A DNA stretch of 64,000 nt from an uncultured virus (IMG/VR IMGVR_UViG_3300032770_000008). Its lineage: Duplodnaviria; Heunggongvirae; Uroviricota; Caudoviricetes. Position 1 is the first letter of the stretch; each line of letters opens with the position of its first letter. This document shows positions 60,628 through 64,000 of this stretch, in pieces. The notes beneath the pieces are model-generated. The model searched no databases, was not told the origin of the DNA, and saw only the letters and a program-made list of their open reading frames with translations. A program made the translations under genes and the position numbers. Location of the stretch: IMG/VR virus record IMGVR_UViG_3300032770_000008. The stretch is one strand, 5' to 3'.

Positions 60628-62595
60628 ATGAAGCGCAAGACCTCCGACGTCCCGACCCGGATCTACTCCTACCGCTGCCTGCCGCCTCTCACCGAGGCCG
60701 CACGCGTCGAGGATCAGTTCCGTCTCGCTCACCAGTACAAAAACGCGCTCGTCAAGATCGAGCTCGACCTGCGCGAGCGGTTTCGCGACGTCCAGCTCAC
60801 GGTGCCCCAGGTAGCGGCGGCTCTCTTGGCCTACGAGGACGCCGACGCGGCCGTCGAGAGCGCGATCGAAGATCTGCGCGCGGCCAAATCGGGCACGGCC
60901 AACCCCGATCTCGCCGCTCACCGGCTGCGGCTCGAGGCGGCCAAGGAGCTCCGCGCGCTGCGCGGAAGCGAGCTCCGCGACGCCAAGCGCGATCACGACG
61001 AGGTGTTGCGGCCCGGATACGAGGACGCCCGGAAAGGGGCGCACGCCGAAATGCTCGCGGCCCGCGCCGACTTCTCGCGCCGCGGCCTACGCCACGGCAC
61101 GTACGTGCGGATCGAGGACGCCGTCCAGCAGGCCGCGCGATCGACGAAGCGGCCCCTGCACTTTGAGCGCTACGACGGATCCGGCTCGATCGGCACGCAG
61201 CTCGTCGGCCGCGATGGACCCGAGGGCGTCCGCGGCCTGACGCTCTCCGAGCTGCACTCGTGCGTGGACACACGGCTGCGCGTGGCGGCGCTGCCGTGCG
61301 CCGGCGATGTCGTCGCGATGCCCCCGTGGGGCGGATTCGGCTCGGAAGACGTCTTCTGGAACATGCGTCGCGGCGATCGCCGGCGCGCGGCACGCGTGCA
61401 CATGTGGCTGCGCGTTGGGAGCAATCCCGATCGGTCGCCGATCTTCGCGGAGTTTCCGATCACGATGCACCGCCCGCTGCCGAAGGACGCGATCATCAAG
61501 TGGGCGTACGTCGTGCGCAAGAGGATCGGCCCGCACCTCGAGTGGCGGTTCCAGGTCACGATCGAGAGCAAGACGTTCTGCGCGCCGACCGCCGCGTTCG
61601 GCGAGGGCACCTGCGCGATCGACCTGGGCTGGCGCTGGAAGCTCGACGACGAGGGACAGTCCGTCGCGCTGCGCGCCGGCTATCTCGTCGACGACCAGGG
61701 GCGCGAGCGCGAGCTCGTCGTGCCCGAGAAGCTGTGGCGGCAGATGCCCAAGGTGTACGACCTCGCGAAAATCCGCGACCAAAACCTCGAGCGCGCGCAG
61801 CTGGCGCTCTCCGAATGGATCGCCGATCGGGGCGAGATCCCGCCAGAGTGGCAGGCCGCCGAGGAAGACGGTCGACCGAGCATGGCGGATCGGCTGCGGG
61901 GCTACGCGCAGTGGCGCGCGGCGCGCAAGCTCCAGGCATTCGTCGATCGCTGGACCGAGCGCCGGGTGCCCGGCGACGCGGCGATCTACGACCAGATCCA
62001 GGCGTGGGCGCGGCAAGATCGCCACCTCCAGGCGTGGAGCGAGCACCAGCGCGACCGGCTGATCGCGCACCGGCGCGAGGTGTGGCGCGTGATCGCCGCC
62101 GAGATCGCGCGGACGTACTCGACGATCCTGATCGAGGACGGCCGCAACGCGAACCAGACGATGCGCCTGCCGGAGATCGAGGGCTGGGAGCGGCCCGCGC
62201 CCGAAGACGGCGATCCGTCGGACGGGCGCGACCAGCGGCGGACGAACCGCCTGGTCGCCCCCGGCGAGCTCCGCGACGCGATCGTCAAGGCGGCCCACAA
62301 GACCGGCGCGAAGATCGAAGTCGAGCGCAGCGCGGGAACGACGAAGGAATGCGCGCGCTGCGGCCACACGCAGGAGCACGTCGACTTCCGCGCGCAGATC
62401 ACGTATCGCTGCGAGGGCTGCGGGGCGATCGACGATCAGGACGCCAACGCGTGCCGGAACCTGCTCAAGCGACACGGGATCGCGGGCGGCCCGGTGCCGC
62501 CGCGCGCGCCCAAGGTGCTCGCGCCGGCGAAGAGGCCGCCGGAGCTCGGCAATCACGGAGCGTCACACGCGGCAGAGACGTTCGCCGCGCCGTAG
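60628..62595 (+). CDS. cas12m: Type V CRISPR effector, Cas12m (V-U1)-like
   Basis: Motifs colinear with Cas12m as recalled: 'QFRLAHQYKNALV', long coiled-coil REC, 'RYDGSGSIGTQL', 'PITMHRPLP', RuvC-I 'AIDLGWR', RuvC-II 'ILIEDG', 'APGELR', zinc finger CARC/CEGC, RuvC-III 'DQDANA'; CRISPR array 63 nt downstream. Confidence 0.85.
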   Translation: MKRKTSDVPTRIYSYRCLPPLTEAARVEDQFRLAHQYKNALVKIELDLRERFRDVQLTVPQVAAALLAYEDADAAVESAIEDLRAAKSGTANPDLAAHRLRLEAAKELRALRGSELRDAKRDHDEVLRPGYEDARKGAHAEMLAARADFSRRGLRHGTYVRIEDAVQQAARSTKRPLHFERYDGSGSIGTQLVGRDGPEGVRGLTLSELHSCVDTRLRVAALPCAGDVVAMPPWGGFGSEDVFWNMRRGDRRRAARVHMWLRVGSNPDRSPIFAEFPITMHRPLPKDAIIKWAYVVRKRIGPHLEWRFQVTIESKTFCAPTAAFGEGTCAIDLGWRWKLDDEGQSVALRAGYLVDDQGRERELVVPEKLWRQMPKVYDLAKIRDQNLERAQLALSEWIADRGEIPPEWQAAEEDGRPSMADRLRGYAQWRAARKLQAFVDRWTERRVPGDAAIYDQIQAWARQDRHLQAWSEHQRDRLIAHRREVWRVIAAEIARTYSTILIEDGRNANQTMRLPEIEGWERPAPEDGDPSDGRDQRRTNRLVAPGELRDAIVKAAHKTGAKIEVERSAGTTKECARCGHTQEHVDFRAQITYRCEGCGAIDDQDANACRNLLKRHGIAGGPVPPRAPKVLAPAKRPPELGNHGASHAAETFAAP

Positions 62596-62658
62596 CGCGG
62601 CAGGTGCTCGCGATCGGAGCTGTATGATCGCGGCGTGACAACTGAATAGGATACTACT

Positions 62659-63495
62659 GTGATCGTGACTGCTCGGCAGGCTGACTGCCGAGACAAGGTG
62701 ATGGCGTTCGCCGTGGAGGTCAACTTCCGCGAGTGATCGTGACTGCTCGGCAGGCTGACTGCCGAGACCGGCGAACTGCTCGGGCGCCGCGTACGCTGGC
62801 GTTCGTGATCGTGACTGCTCGGCAGGCTGACTGCCGAGACGCATCGATGGTTCCGGTGTCGCGAAGCAGGAGCAAGGTGATCGTGACTGCTCGGCAGGCT
62901 GACTGCCGAGACTCCAGTTTCGCGTTGCTGACGCCCGTGGCGACGAAGCCGTGATCGTGACTGCTCGGCAGGCTGACTGCCGAGACTATCCTGGCCGAAC
63001 GGGCGGCCCTCGTATCGATCCCGTGATCGTGACTGCTCGGCAGGCTGACTGCCGAGACAAACACCAAGCTGGCTAGAATTCGATTCTTAGGGGCGTGATC
63101 GTGACTGCTCGGCAGGCTGACTGCCGAGACTTCGGCGGCTTCGCGGCAAGGTCCCTGGCCGCTTTCGGTGATCGTGACTGCTCGGCAGGCTGACTGCCGA
63201 GACGGCGATCCATGTTAGCGCACGGTCGACGAGCCCAGGCGTGATCGTGACTGCTCGGCAGGCTGACTGCCGAGACGCAAGAACGGCTTGCCGCGCCGCG
63301 GGGTCTCGGCGGCGAGTGATCGTGACTGCTCGGCAGGCTGACTGCCGAGACCCCTGGGGACCCTCGAGCACAAGAACCGTGTCGAGTGATCGTGACTGCT
63401 CGGCAGGCTGACTGCCGAGACGCGTCTTGGAGGGGTAGGAATCCTCGTCGAGAGACATTGTGATCGTGACTGCTCGGCAGGCTGACTGCCGAGAC
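62659..63495 (+). CRISPR. CRISPR array: 12 identical 36-nt repeats GTGATCGTGACTGCTCGGCAGGCTGACTGCCGAGAC and 11 spacers of 34-39 nt
   Basis: Repeats start at 62659, 62733, 62805, 62877, 62951, 63023, 63095, 63168, 63241, 63316, 63386, 63460; 8-bp hairpin CTCGGCAG/CTGCCGAG plus AC at the 3' end. Confidence 0.98.
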
Positions 63496-63710
63496 TTGCC
63501 AGGTCCGTCGCCCCCGTTCTCGGCGAGCTGACTGCCGAAACCGGCCGCCGGCCGTGCGTGTGGTGCTCATGATCGTACTTGTTCGGTGAGTTGATCGCCG
63601 AGACAGTGGGACCTTCCGCAGATCGTAGTTGCTCGGCGAACTGACTGCCGAGACGCAGAGTGGTCGATTGCACGTAAATCGCACTTGCTCGGCGTATTGA
63701 CTGCCGAGAC
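63496..63710 (+). CRISPR. Trailer of four variant repeats with short spacers
   Basis: Variant repeats end at 63541, 63604, 63654 and 63710; spacers between them are 27, 14 and 20 nt. Confidence 0.8.
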
Positions 63711-64000
63711 CCGAGCTGGCGAACGTTTTTCGCTAGTCCTACGCGATCGCGTCCTGGCCGTGCAGCCAGAGCGATCGCACGTACTCGCTCGGCCAGCCGG
63801 CGAGGATCATCTCCCAGCACGCGCGTATCCGATCGTAGTACGCCTGCGCCGCATTCTCCTCGCGCGCCGTGCGGGGGCGCGACAGCCACGGTTCGGCGCG
63901 GTGCTCCACAATCGCGAGCTCATCGCTCGAGCGGAGCTCGATCCGATCGCGGCCGCGCAAGAGCGGGACGATGTCGATCGTCACCGGGCCTCGACGAGCG

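Noticed and set aside
62695..63459. Self-targeting of canonical spacers within this window
   Set aside because: No convincing match found by eye; this was not an exhaustive search and needs BLAST
62563..63889. Several ORFs spanning the CRISPR array
   Set aside because: Translations are periodic (SAVSLPSSHDH, SRQSACRAVTIT) and simply reflect the repeats

Overview
A very GC-rich, densely packed, mostly minus-strand segment of a large bacteriophage or prophage. A host-type histone-like protein tentatively points to a Myxococcota host. From left to right: putative virion genes (1-2 kb, including a tandem paralogue pair); an AT-rich palindromic candidate origin; a replication module (frameshift-split primase/SF3 helicase, PD-(D/E)xK nuclease, family A DNA polymerase, RecD/Dda-like helicase, SSB-like protein, SNF2 helicase, nucleotide-metabolism enzymes, several low-GC HNH endonucleases); a HerA-like ATPase, two DNA methyltransferases and a lone tnpB. 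Next comes a long run of small early-type genes that includes a tRNA-Ile(UAU), ruvB, a RuvA-CTD membrane protein, a receiver-domain protein, xseB and a tyrosine recombinase. At the right end is a compact type V CRISPR-Cas locus: a 655-aa Cas12m (V-U1)-like effector, no cas1/cas2, and 12 canonical 36-nt repeats. Four variant repeats with short spacers follow the array, and an orphan copy of the same variant repeat lies about 600 bp upstream of the cas gene. No terminase, portal or HK97 capsid gene was recognised. All calls come from visual motif recognition; no database searches were run.
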